NCBI GenBank assembly: GCA_964016885.1
Contig: OZ024744.1
Span: 130,262,001 to 130,326,000, forward strand
Reading direction: 5' to 3'
DNA: 64,000 bases
Origin: Eledone cirrhosa
Lineage: Eukaryota
Shown: positions 24,101-36,345 of the stretch, piece by piece
Layout of the letters: every line of letters starts with the position of its first letter
Numbering within the stretch: position 1 is the first letter of the stretch
Notes under the pieces: generated by a model
Database searches by the model: none
Told to the model about the DNA's origin: nothing
The model's input: only the letters and a program-made list of their open reading frames with translations
Translations under genes and position numbers: made by a program

Positions 24101-27100
24101 AAGTTGGGGTTAAATTAAGTTGGGGTTAAATTAAGTTGGGGTTAAGTTAAGTTGGGGGTAAGTTAAGTTGGGGGCAAGTTAAGTTGGGGTTAATTTAAGT
24201 TGGGGTTAAATTAAGTTGGGGTTACGTTAAGTTGGTGTTAAGTTAAGTTGGGGTTAATTTAAGTTGGGGTTGAGTTAAGTTGGGTTTCAGTTAAGTTGGG
24301 GATAAGTTAAGTTGGGGTTAAGTTAAGTTGGGGTTAATTAAGTTGGGGTTAAGTTAAGTTGGGGTTAAGTTAAGTTGGGGCTGAGTTAAGTTGGGGCTGA
24401 GTTAAGTTGGGGCTGAGTTAAGTTGGGGTTAAGTTAAGTTGGGGTTGAGTTAAGTTGGGGTTAAGTTAAGTTGGGGTCAAGTTAAGTTGGGGTTAAGTTG
24501 GGGTTAAGTTAAGTTAGGTTTAAGTTAAGTTGGGGTTAAGTTAAGTTGGGGTTAAGTTAAGTTGGGGTTAAGTTAAGTTGGGGTTAAGTTAAGTTGGGGT
24601 TAAGTTAAGTTGGGGTTAAGTTAAGTCGGAGTTAAGTTAAGTTGGGGTTAAGTTAAGTTGGGGTTAAGTTAAGTTGGGGTTAAGTTAAGTTGGGGTTAAG
24701 TTAAGTTGGGGTTAAGTTAAGTTGGGGTTAAGTTAAGTTGAGGTTAAGTTAAGTTGGGGTTAAATTAAGTTGGGGTTAAGTTAAGTTGGGGTTAAGTTAA
24801 GTTGGGGTTAAGTTAAGTTGGGGATAAGTTAAGTTGGGGATAATTTAAGTTGGGGTTAAGTTAAGTTGGGTTTAAGTTAAGTTGGGGTTAAGTTAAGTTG
24901 GGGATAAGTTAAGTTGGGGTTAAGTTAAGTTGGGGTTAAGTTAAGTTGGGGTTAAGTTAAGTTGGGGCTAAGTTAAGTTGGGGCTGAGTTAAGTTGGGGT
25001 TAAGTTAAGTTGGGGTTAAGTTAAGTTGGGGTTAATTTAAGTTGGGGTTTATTTAAGTTGGGGTTAAAATAAGTTGGGGTTCAGTTAAGTTGGAGTTAAG
25101 TTAAGTTGGGGTTAAGATGGGGTTAAATTAAGTTGGGGTTAAGTTAAGTTTGAGTTTAAGTTAAGTTGGGGTTAAGTTAAGTTGGGGTTAAGTTAAGTTG
25201 GGATTAAGTTAAGTTGGTTAGTTAAGTTGAGTTTAAGTTAAGTTGGGGTTAATTTAAGTTGGGCTTAAGTTAAGCTGGGGTTAAGTTAAGTTGGGGTTAA
25301 GTTAAGTTGGGGTTAATTTAAGTTGGGGTTAATTTAAGTCGGGGTTAAGTTAAGTTGTGGTTGAATTAAGTTGGGGTTAATTTAAGTTGGGGCTAAGTTA
25401 ATTTGTGGTTAAGTTAAGTTGGGGTTAAGTTAAGTTGGGGTTAAGTTAAGTTGGGGTTGAGTTAAGTTGGGGTTGAGTTAATTTGGGGTTAAGTTAAGTT
25501 GGGGTTAAGTTAAGTTGGGTTTAAGTTAAGTTGGGGTTAAATTAAGTTGGGGTTAAATTAAGTTGGGGTTAAGTTAAGTTGGGGGTAAGTTAAGTTGGGG
25601 GCAAGTTAAGTTGGGGTTAATTTAAGTTGGGGTTAAATTAAGTTGGGGTTACGTTAAGTTGGTGTTAAGTTAAGTTGGGGTTAATTTAAGTTGGGGTTGA
25701 GTTAAGTTGGGGTTCAGTTAAGTTGGGGATAAGTTAAGTTGGGGTTAAGTTAAGTTGGGGTTAATTAAGTTGGGGTTAAGTTAAGTTGGGGTTAAGTTAA
25801 GTTGGGGCTAAGTTAAGTTGGGGCTGAGTTAAGTTGGGGCTGAGTTAAGTTGGGGTTAAGTTAAGTTGGGGTTGAGTTAAGTTGGGGTTAAGTTAAGTTG
25901 GGGTCAAGTTAAGTTGGGGTTAAGTTGGGGTTAAGTTAAGTTAGGTTTAAGTTAAGTTGGGGTTAAGTTAAGTTGGGGTTAAGTTAAGTTGGGGTTAAGT
26001 TAAGTTGGGGTTAAGTTAATTTGTGGTTTAGTTAAGTTTGGGTTAAGTTAAGTTGGGGTTAAGTTAAGTTGGGGTTAAGTTAAGTCGTGGTTAAGTTAAG
26101 TTGGGGTTAAGTTAAGTTGGAGTTAAGTTAAGTTGGGGTTAAGTTAAGTTGGGGTTAAGTTAAGTTGGGGTTAAGTTAAGTTGGGGTTAAGTTAAGTTGA
26201 GTTTAAGTTAAGTTGGGGTTAAATTAAGTTGGGGTTAAGTTAGGTTGGGGTTAAGTTAAGTTGGGGATAAGTTAAGTTGGGGATAATTTAAGTTGGGGTT
26301 AAGTTAAGTTGGGGTTAAGTTAAGTTGGGGTTAAGTTAAGTTGGGGATAAGTTAAGTTGGGGTTAAGTTAAGTTGGGGTTAAGTTAAGTTGGGGTTAAGT
26401 TAAGTTGGGGCTAAGTTAAGTTGGGGCTGAGTTAAGTTGGGGTTAAGTTAAGTTGGGGGTTAAGTTAAGTTGGGGTTAATTTAAGTTGGGGTTTATTTAA
26501 GTTGGGGTTAAGTTAAGTTGGGGTTCATTTAAGTTGGGGTTAAGTTAAGTTGGGGTTAAGATGGGGTTAAATTAAGTTGGGGTTAAGTTAAGTTGGGATT
26601 AAATTAAGTTGGGGTTAAGTTAAATGGGGTTAAGTTAAGTCGGGGTTAAGTTAAGTCGGGGTTAAGTTAAGTTAGGGTTGAGTTAAGTTGGGGTTGAGTT
26701 AAATTGGGGTTGAGTTAAGTTGGGGTTGAGTTAAGTTGGTGTTGAGTTAAGTTGGGGTTAAGTTAAGTTGGGGTTAAGTTAAGTTGCAGTTAAGTTAAGT
26801 TGAGGTTAAGTTAAGGTGCGGTTAAGTTAAGTTGGGGTTAAGTTAAGTTGGGGCTAAGTTAAGTTGGGGCTAAGTTAAGTTGGGGCTAAGTTAAGTTGGG
26901 GTTAAGTTACGTTGGGGTTAAGTTAAGTCGGGGTTAAGTTAAGTTGGGGTTAAGTTAAGTTGGGGTTAATTTAAGTTGGGGTTAAGTTAAGTTGGGGTTA
27001 AGTTAAGTTGGGGTTAAGTTAAGTTGGGGTTAAGTTGGGTTTAAGTTAAGTTGGGGTTAAGTTAAGTTGGGGTCAAGGTAAGTTGGGGTTAAGTTAAGTT

Positions 27101-27199
27101 GGTTAGTTAAGTTGAGTTTAAGTTAAGTTGGGGTTAATTTAAGTTGGGGTTAAGTTAAGTTGGGGTTAAGTTAAGTTGGGGTTAAGTTAAGTTGGGGTT

Positions 27200-27416
27200 A
27201 ACCCCAACTTAACTTAACCCCAACTTAACTTAACCCCAACTTCACTCAACCCCAACGTAACTCAACCCCAATTTAACTTAACCCCAACTTCACTCAACCC
27301 CAACTTAACTTAACCCCAACTTCACTCAATCCCAACTTAAGTCAACCCCAACTTAACTTAACCCCAACTTGACTTAACCCCAACTTAACTTAGCCCCAAC
27401 TTAACTTAAGCCCAAA
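27200..27416 (-). repeat. Inverted satellite block 6 (217-bp allele)
   Basis: Same junctions and 217-type markers. Confidence 0.95.
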
Positions 27417-30200
27417 GTCGGGGTTAAGTTAAGTTGGCGTTAAGTTAGGCTTAACTTAAGTTGGGGGTAAGTTAAGTTGGGGGTAAGTTAAGTTGGGGTT
27501 AAGTTAAGTTGCGGTTAAGTTGGGGTTAAGTTAAGTTAGGGTTAAGTTAAGTTGGCGTTGAGTTAAGTTGGGGTTAATTAAGTGGTGGTTATGTTAAGTT
27601 GGGGTTAATTTAAATTGGGGTGAAGTTAACTTTGTGGTTAAGTTAAGTTGGGGTTAAGTTAAGTTGGGGTTAAGTTGGGGTTGAGTTAAGTTGGGGTTGA
27701 GTGAAGTTGGGGTTAAATTAAGTTGGGGTAAAGTTAAGTTGGGGTTAAGTTAAGTCGGGGTTAAGTTAAGTTGGGGTTAAGTTAAGTTGGGGATAAGTTA
27801 AGTTGGGGATAATTTAAGTTGGGGTTAAGTTAAGTTGGGTTTAAGTTAAGTTGGGGTTAAGTTAAGTTGGGGATAAGTTAAGTTGGGGTTAAGTTAAGTT
27901 GGGGTTAAGTTAAGTTGGGGTTAAGTTAAGTTGGGGCTAAGTTAAGTTGGGGCTGAGTTAAGTTGGGGTTAAGTTAAGTTGGGGTTAAGTTAAGTTGGGG
28001 TTAATTTAAGTTGGGGTTTATTTAAGTTGGGGTTAAGTTAAGTTGGGGTTCAGTTAAGTTGGAGTTAAGTTAAGTTGGGGTTAAGATGGGGTTAAATTAA
28101 GTTGGGGTTAAGTTAAGTTTGAGTTTAAGTTAAGTTGGGGTTAAGTTAAGTTGGGGTTAAGTTAAGTTGGGATTAAGTTAAGTTGGTTAGTTAAGTTGAG
28201 TTTAAGTTAAGTTGGGGTTAATTTAAGTTGGGGTTAAGTTAAGCTGGGGTTAAGTTAAGTTGGGGTTAAGTTAAGTTGGGGTTAATTTAAGTTGGGGTTA
28301 ATTTAAGTCGGGGTTAAGTTAAGTTGTGGTTGAGTTAAGTTGGGGTTAATTTAAGTTGGGGCTAAGTTAATTTGTGGTTAAGTTAAGTTGGGGTTAAGTT
28401 AAGTTGGGGTTAAGTTAAGTTGGGGTTGAGTTAAGTTGGGGTTGAGTTAATTTGGGGTTAAGTTAAGTTGGGGTTAAGTTAAGTTGGGTTTAAGTTAAGT
28501 TGGGGTTAAATTAAGTTGGGGTTAAATTAAGTTGGGGTTAAGTTAAGTTGGGGGTAAGTTAAGTTGGGGGCAAGTTAAGTTGGGGTTAATTTAAGTTGGG
28601 GTTAAATTAAGTTGGGGTTACGTTAAGTTGGTGTTAAGTTAAGTTGGGGTTAATTTAAGTTGGGGTTGAGTTAAGTTGGGGTTCAGTTAAGTTGGGGATA
28701 AGTTAAGTTGGGGTTAAGTTAAGTTGGGGTTAATTAAGTTGGGGTTAAGTTAAGTTGGGGTTAAGTTAAGTTGGGGCTAAGTTAAGTTGGGGCTGAGTTA
28801 AGTTGGGGCTGAGTTAAGTTGGGGTTAAGTTAAGTTGGGGTTGAGTTAAGTTGGGGTTAAGTTAAGTTGGGTCAAGTTAAGTTGGGGTTAAGTTGGGGTT
28901 AAGTTAAGTTAGGTTTAAGTTAAGTTGGGGTTAAGTTAAGTTGGGGTTAAGTTAAGTTGGGGTTAAGTTAAGTTGGGGTTAAGTTAATTTGTGGTTTAGT
29001 TAAGTTTGGGTTAAGTTAAGTTGGGGTTAAGTTAAGTTGGGGTTAAGTTAAGTCGTGGTTAAGTTAAGTTGGGGTTAAGTTAAGTTGGAGTTAAGTTAAG
29101 TTGGGGTTAAGTTAAGTTGGGGTTAAGTTAAGTTGGGGTTAAGTTAAGTTGGGGTTAAGTTAAGTTGAGGTTAAGTTAAGTTGGGGTTAAATTAAGTTGG
29201 GGTTAAGTTAAGTTGGGGTTAAGTTAAGTTGGGGATAAGTTAAGTTGGGGATAATTTAAGTTGGGGTTAAGTTAAGTTGGGGTTAAGTTAAGTTGGGGTT
29301 AAGTTAAGTTGGGGATAAGTTAAGTTGGGGTTAAGTTAAGTTGGGGTTAAGTTAAGTTGGGGTTAAGTTAAGTTGGGGCTAAGTTAAGTTGGGGCTGAGT
29401 TAAGTTGGGGTTAAGTTAAGTTGGGGGTTAAGTTAAGTTGGGGTTAATTTAAGTTGGGGTTTATTTAAGTTGGGGTTAAGTTAAGTTGGGGTTCATTTAA
29501 GTTGGGGTTAAGTTAAGTTGGGGTTAAGATGGGGTTAAATTAATTTGGGGTTAAGTTAAGTTGGGGTTAAGTTAAGTTGGGGTTAAGTTAAGTTGGGGTT
29601 AAGTTAAGTCGGGGTTAAGTTAAGTCGGGGTTAAGTTAAGTTAGGGTTGAGTTAAGTTGGGGTTAAGTTAAGTTGGGGTTGAGTTAAGTTGGGGTTGAGT
29701 TAAATTGGGGTTGAGTTAAGTTGGGGTTGAGTTAAGTTGGTGTTGAGTTAAGTTGGGGTTAAGTTAAGTTGGGGTTAAGTTAAGTTGCAGTTAAGTTAAG
29801 TTGAGGTTAAGTTAAGGTGCGGTTAAGTTAAGTTGGGGTTAAGTTAAGTTGGGGCTAAGTTAAGTTGGGGCTAAGTTAAGTTGGGGCTAAGTTAAGTTGG
29901 GGTTAAGTTACGTTGGGGTTAAGTTAAGTCGGGGTTAAGTTAAGTTGGGGTTAAGTTAAGTTGGGGTTAATTTAAGTTGGGGTTAAGTTAAGTTGGGGTT
30001 AAGTTAAGTTGGGGTTAAGTTAAGTTGGGGTTAAGTTGGGTTTAAGTTAAGTTGGGGTTAAGTTAAGTTGGGGTCAAGGTAAGTTGGGGTTAAGTTAAGT
30101 TGGTTAGTTAAGTTGAGTTTAAGTTAAGTTGGGGTTAATTTAAGTTGGGGTTAAGTTAAGTTGGGGTTAAGTTAAGTTGGGGTTAAGTTAAGTTGGGGTT

Positions 30201-30417
30201 AACCCCAACTTAACTTAACCCCAACTTAACTTAACCCCAACGTAACTCAACCCCAACGTAACTCAACCCCAATTTAACTTAACCCCAACTTCACTCAACC
30301 CCAACTTAACTTAACCCCAACTTCACTCAATCCCAACTTAAGTCAACCCCAACTTAACTTAACCCCAACTTGACTTAACCCCAACTTAACTTAGCCCCAA
30401 CTTAACTTAAGCCCAAA
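30201..30417 (-). repeat. Inverted satellite block 7 (217-bp allele, CGTAACTC monomer doubled)
   Basis: Same junctions; two consecutive AACGTAACTCAACCCC monomers. Confidence 0.95.
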
Positions 30418-31635
30418 GTCGGGGTTAAGTTAAGTTGGCGTTAAGTTAGGCTTAACTTAAGTTGGGGGTAAGTTAAGTTGGGGGTAAGTTAAGTTGGGGT
30501 TAAGTTAAGTTGCGGTTAAGTTGGGGTTAAGTTAAGTTAGGGTTAAGTTAAGTTGGCGTTGAGTTAAGTTGGGGTTAATTAAGTGGTGGTTATGTTAAGT
30601 TGGGGTTAATTTAAATTGGGGTGAAGTTAACTTTGTGGTTAAGTTAAGTTGGGGTTAAGTTAAGTTGGGGTTAAGTTGGGGTTGAGTTAAGTTGGGGTTG
30701 AGTGAAGTTGGGGTTAAGTTAAGTTGGGGTAAAGTTAAGTTGGGGTTAAGTTAAGTCGGGGTTAAGTTAAGTTGTGGTTGAGTTAAGTTGGGGTTAATTT
30801 AAGTTGGGGCTAAGTTAATTTGTGGTTAAGTTAAGTTGGGGTTAAGTTAAGTTGGGGTTAAGTTAAGTTGGGGTTAAGTTAAGTTGCAGTTAAGTTAAGT
30901 TGAGGTTAAGTCAAGTTGGGGTTAAGTTAAGTTGGGGTTAAGTTAACTTGGGGTTCAGTTAAGTTGGGGCTAAGTTAAGTTGGGGTTAAGATGGGGTTAA
31001 ATTAAGTTGGGGTTAAGTTAAGTTGGGGTTAAGTTAAGTTGGGGTTAAGTTAAGTTGGGGTTAAGTTAAGTCGGGGTTAAGTTAAGTCGGGGTTAAGTTA
31101 AGTTAGGGTTCAGTTAAGTTGGGGTTAAGTTAAGTTGGGGTTGAGTTAAGTTGGGGTTGAGTTAAATTGGTGTTGAGTTAAGTTGGGGTTAAGTTAAGTT
31201 GCAGTTAAGTTAAGTTGAGTTTAAGTTAAGGTGCGGTTAAGTTAAGTTGGGGTTAAGTTAAGTTGGGGCTAAGTTAAGTTGGGGCTAAGTTAAGTTGGGG
31301 CTAAGTTAAGTTGGGGTTAAGTTACGTTGGGGTTAAGTTAAGTCGGGGCTAAGTTAAGTTGGGGTTAAGTTAAGTTGGGGTTAATTTAAGTTGGGGTTGA
31401 GTTAAGTTGGGGTTAAGTTTAGTTGGGGTTAAGTTAAGTTGGGGTTAAGTTAAGTTGGGTTTAAGTTAAGTTGGGGTTAAGTTAAGTTGGGGTCAAGTTA
31501 AGTTGGGGTTAAGTTAAATTGGTTAGTTAAGTTGAGTTTAAGTTAAGTTGGGGTTAATTTAAGTTGGGGTTAAGTTAAGTTGGGGTTAAGTTAATTTGGG
31601 GTTAAGTTAAGTTGGGGTTAAGTTAAGTTGGGGTT

Positions 31636-31820
31636 AACCCCAACTTAACTTAACCCCAACTTCACTCAACCCCAACGTAACTCAACCCCAACTTAACTTA
31701 ACCCCAACTTCACTCAACCCCAAATTAACTTAACCCCAACTTCACTCAACCCCAACTTAAGTCAACCCCAACTTAACTTAACCCCAACTTGACTTAACCC
31801 CAACTTAACTTAAGCCCAAA
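31636..31820 (-). repeat. Inverted satellite block 8 (185-bp allele)
   Basis: Lacks the TTAGCCCC monomer; exit GTCGGAG. Confidence 0.95.
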
Positions 31821-33931
31821 GTCGGAGTTAAGTTAAGTTGGCGTTAAGTTAAGTTAGGCTTAACTTAAGTTGGGGGTAAGTTAAGTTGGGGGTAAGTTAA
31901 GTTGGGGTTAAGTTAAGTTGCGGTTAAGTTGGGGTTAAGTTAAGTTAGGGTTAAGTTAAGTTGGCGTTGAGTTAAGTTGGGGTTAATTAAGTGGTGGTTA
32001 TGTTAAGTTGGGGTTAATTTAAATTGGGGTGAAGTTAACTTTGTGGTTAAGTTAAGTTGGGGTTAAGTTAAGTTGGGGTTAAGTTGGGGTTGAGTTAAGT
32101 TGGGGTTGAGTGAAGTTGGGGTTAAGTTAAGTTGGGGTAAAGTTAAGTTGGGGTTAAGTTAAGTCGGGGTTAAGTTAAGTTGTGGTTGAGTTAAGTTGGG
32201 GTTAATTTAAGTTGGGGCTAAGTTAATTTGTGGTTAAGTTAAGTTGGGGTTAAGTTAAGTTGGGGTTAAGTTAAGTTGGGGTTAAGTTAAGTTGCAGTTA
32301 AGTTAAGTTGAGGTTAAGTTAAGTTGGGGTTAAGTTAAGTTGGGGTTAAGTTAAGTTGGGGCTAAGTTAAGTTGGGGCTAAGTTAAGTTGGGGCTAAGTT
32401 AAGTTGGGGTTAAGTTAAGTTGGGGTTAATTTAAGTTGGGGTTAAGTTAAGTTGGGGTTAAGTTAAGTTGGGGTTAAGTTAAGTTGGTGTTAAGTTAAGT
32501 TGGGGCTAAGTTAAGTTGGGGCTGAGTTAAGTTGGGGCTGAGTTAAGTTGGGGTTAAGTTAAGTTGGGGTTGAGTTAAGTTGGGGTTAAGTTAAGTTGGG
32601 GTCAAGTTAAGTTGGGGTTAAGTTGGGGTTAAGTTAAGTTAGGTTTAAGTTAAGTTGGGGTTAAGTTAAGTTGGGGTTAAGTTAAGTTGGGGTTAAGTTA
32701 AGTTGGGGTTAAGTTAATTTGTGGTTAAGTTAAGTTGGGGTTAAGTTAAGTTGGGGTTAAGTTAAGTCGGGGTTAAGTTAAGTTGGGGTTAAGTTAAGTT
32801 GGGGTTAATTTAAGTTGGGGTTAAGTTAAGTTGGGGTTAAGTTAAGTTGGGGATAATTTAAGTTGGGGTTAAGTTAAGTTTGGGTTTAAGTTAAGTTGGG
32901 GTTAAGTTAAGTTGGGGTTAAGTTAAGTTGGGGTTAAGTTAAGTTGGTTAGTTAAGTTGAGTTTAAGTTAAGTTGGGGTTAATTTAAGTTGGGGTTAAGT
33001 TAAGCTGGGGTTAAGTTAAGTTGGGGTTAAGTTAAGTTGGGGTTAATTTAAGTTGGGGTTAAGTTAAGTTGCGGGTAATTTAAGTTGGGGTTAAGTTAAG
33101 TTGGGGTTAAGTTAAGTTGGGGTTAAGTTAAGTTGGGGTTAAGTTAAGTTGGGGCTAATTTAAGTTGGGGCTGAGTTAAGTTGGGGTTAAGTTAAGTTGG
33201 GGTTAAGTTAAGTTGGGGTTAAGTTAAGTTGGGGTTAAGTTAAGTTGGGGTTTATTTAAGTTGGGGTTAAGTTAAGTTGGGGTTCAGTTAAGTTGGGGTT
33301 CAGTTAAGTTGGGGTTAAGTTAAGTTGGGGTTAAGATGGGGTTAAATTACGTTGGAGTTAAGTTAAGTTGGGGTTAAGTTAAATGGGGTTAAGTTAAGTT
33401 GGGGTTAAGTTAAGTCGGGGTTAATTTAAGTCGGGGTTAAGTTAAGTTAGGGTTCAGTTAAGTTGGGGTTAAGTTAAGTTGGGCTTGAGTTAAGTTGGGG
33501 TTGAGTTAAATTGGGGTTGAGTTAAGTTGGGGTTGAGTTAAGTTGGTGTTGAGTTAAGTTGGGGTTAAGTTAAGTTGGGGTTAAGTTAAGTTGCAGTTAA
33601 GTTAAGTTGAGGTTAAGTTAAGGTGCGGTTAAGTTAAGTTGGGCTTAAGTTAAGTTGGGGCTAAGTTAAGTTGGGGCTAAGTTAAGTTGGGGCTAAGTTA
33701 AGTTGGGGTTAAGTTAAGTTGGGGTTAAGTTAAGTCGGGGTTAAGTTAAGTTGGGGTTAAGTTAAGTTGGGGTTAAGTTAAGTTGGGGTTAAGTTAAGTT
33801 GGTTAGTTAAGTTGAGTTTAAGTTAAGTTGGGGTTAATTTAAGTTGGGGTTAAGTTAAGTTGGGGTTAAGTTAAGTTGGGGTTAAGTTAAGTTGGGGTTA
33901 AGTTAAGTTGGGGTTAAGTTAAGTTGGGGTT

Positions 33932-34107
33932 AACCCCAACTTAACTTAACCCCAACTTCACTCAACCCCAACGTAACTCAACCCCAACTTAACTTAACCC
34001 CAACTTCACTCAACCCCAACTTAACTTAACCCCAACATCACTCAACCCCAACTTCCAACTTGACTTAACCCCAACTTAACTTAGCCCCAACTTAACTTAA
34101 GCCCAAA
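33932..34107 (-). repeat. Inverted satellite block 9 (176-bp allele)
   Basis: CAACTTCCAACTTGAC signature. Confidence 0.95.
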
Positions 34108-36169
34108 GTCGGGGTTAAGTTAAGTTGGCGTTAAGTTAAGTTGGCGTTAAGTTAAGTTAGGCTTAACTTAAGTTGGGGTTCAGTTAAGTTGGGGGTAAGT
34201 TAAGTTGGGGTTAAGTTAAGTTAGGGTTAAGTTAAGTTGGGGTTGAGTTAAGTTGGGGTTAATTAAGTGGTGGTTATGTTAAGTTGGGGTTAAGTTATGT
34301 TGCGGTTAAGTTGGGGTTAAGTTAAGTTAGGGTTAAGTTAAGTTGGCGTTGAGTTAAGTTGGGGTTAATTAAGTGGTGGTTATGTTAAGTTGGGGTTAAT
34401 TTAAATTGGGGTGAAGTTAACTTTGTGGTTAAGTTAAGTTGGGGTTAAGTTAAGTTGGGGTTAAGTTGGGGTTGAGTTCAGTTGGGGTTGAGTGAAGTTG
34501 GGGTTAAGTTAAGTTGGGGTAAAGTTAAGTTGGGGTTAAGTTAAGTCGGGGTTAAGTTAAGTTGTGGTTGAGTTAAGTTGGGGTTAATTTAAGTTGGGGC
34601 TAAGTTAATTTGTGGTTAAGTTAAGTTGGGGTTAAGTTAAGTTGGGGTTAAGTTAAGTTGGGGTTAAGTTAAGTTGCAGTTAAGTTAAGTTGAGGTTAAG
34701 TTAAGTTGGGGTTAAGTTAAGTTGGGGCTAAGTTAAGTTGGGGCTAAGTTAAGTTGGGGCTAAGTTAAGTTGGGGTTAAGTCAAGTTGGGGTTAAGTTAA
34801 CTTGGGGTTAAGTTAAGTTGGGGTTAAGTTAAGTTGGGGTTAAGTTAAGTTGGTGTTAAGTTAAGTTGGGGCTAAGTTAAGTTGGGGCTGAGTTAAGTTG
34901 GGGCTGAGTTAAGTTGGGGTTAAGTTAAGTTGGGGTTGAGTTAAGTTGGGGTTAAGTTAAGTTGGGGTCAAGTTAAGTTGGGGTTAAGTTGGGGTTAAGT
35001 TAAGTTAGGTTTAAGTTAAGTTGGGGTTAAGTTAAGTTGGGGTTAAGTTAAGTTGGGGTTAAGTTAAGTTGGGGTTAAGTTAATTTGTGGTTAAGTTAAG
35101 TTGGGGTTAAGTTAAGTTGGGGTTAAGTTAAGTCGGGGTTAAGTTAAGTTGGGGTTAAGTTAAGTTGGGGTTAATTTAAGTTGGGGTTAAGTTAAGTTGG
35201 GGTTAAGTTAAGTTGGTTAGTTAAGTTGAGTTTAAGTTAAGTTGGGGTTAATTTAAGTTGGGGTTAAGTTAAGCTGGGGTTAAGTTAAGTTGGGGTTAAG
35301 TTAAGTTGGGGTTAATTTAAGTTGGGGTTAAGTTAAGTTGCGGGTAATTTAAGTTGGGGTTAAGTTAAGTTGGGGTTAAGTTAAGTTGGGGTTAAGTTAA
35401 GTTGGGGTTAAGTTAAGTTGGGGCTAATTTAAGTTGGGGCTGAGTTAAGTTGGGGTTAAGTTAAGTTGGGGTTAAGTTAAGTTGGGGTTAAGTTAAGTTG
35501 GGGTTAAGTTAAGTTGGGGTTTATTTAAGTTGGGGTTAAGTTAAGTTGGGGTTCAGTTAAGTTGGGGTTCAGTTAAGTTGGGGTTAAGTTAAGTTGGGGT
35601 TAAGATGGGGTTAAATTACGTTGGAGTTAAGTTAAGTTGGGGTTAAGTTAAGTTGGGGTTAAGTTAAGTTGGGGTTAAGTTAAGTCGGGGTTAATTTAAG
35701 TCGGGGTTAAGTTAAGTTAGGGTTCAGTTAAGTTGGGGTTAAGTTAAGTTGGGCTTGAGTTAAGTTGGGGTTGAGTTAAATTGGGATTGAGTTAAGTTGG
35801 GGTTGAGTTAAGTTGGTGTTGAGTTAAATTGGGGTTAAGTTAAGTTGGGGTTAAGTTAAGTTGCAGTTAAGTTAAGTTGAGGTTAAGTTAAGGTGCGGTT
35901 AAGTTAAGTTGGGCTTAAGTTAAGTTGGGGCTAAGTTAAGTTGGGGCTAAGTTAAGTTGGGGCTAAGTTAAGTTGGGGTTAAGTTAAGTCGGGGTTAAGT
36001 TAAGTTGGGGTTAAGTTAAGTTGGGGTTAAGTTAAGTTGGGGTTAAGTTAAGTTGGTTAGTTAAGTTGAGTTTAAGTTAAGTTGGGGTTAATTTAAGTTG
36101 GGGTTAAGTTAAGTTGGGGTTAAGTTAAGTTGGGGTTAAGTTAAGTTGGGGTTAAGTTAAGTTGGGGTT

Positions 36170-36345
36170 AACCCCAACTTAACTTAACCCCAACTTCACT
36201 CAACCCCAACGTAACTCAACCCCAACTTAACTTAACCCCAACTTCACTCAACCCCAACTTAACTTAACCCCAACTTCACTCAACCCCAACTTCCAACTTG
36301 ACTTAACCCCAACTTAACTTAGCCCCAACTTAACTTAAGCCCAAA
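36170..36345 (-). repeat. Inverted satellite block 10 (176-bp allele)
   Basis: CAACTTCCAACTTGAC signature. Confidence 0.95.

Larger units (their letters stand above)
9420..25545 (+). repeat. Tandem duplication of a ~8.1 kb segment (about 9420-17450 and 17460-25545)
   Basis: Rare variants recur at offsets of 8043-8103: TTAGGTTAAGCTG 9484/17527, AAGTTCGGGC 11461/19520, TTGTGTTAAG 12421/20481, inversions 12895/20955, TTTGTAG 14251/22354, TTAAAATAAG 16961/25064. Confidence 0.88.
24800..30770 (+). repeat. Tandem duplication of a ~3.0 kb segment
   Basis: GGTCAAGGTAAG 27071/30072, GTTCATTTAAG ~26523/29491, inversions 27200/30201, both followed by the shortened GGCGTTAAGTTAGGC. Confidence 0.8.
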
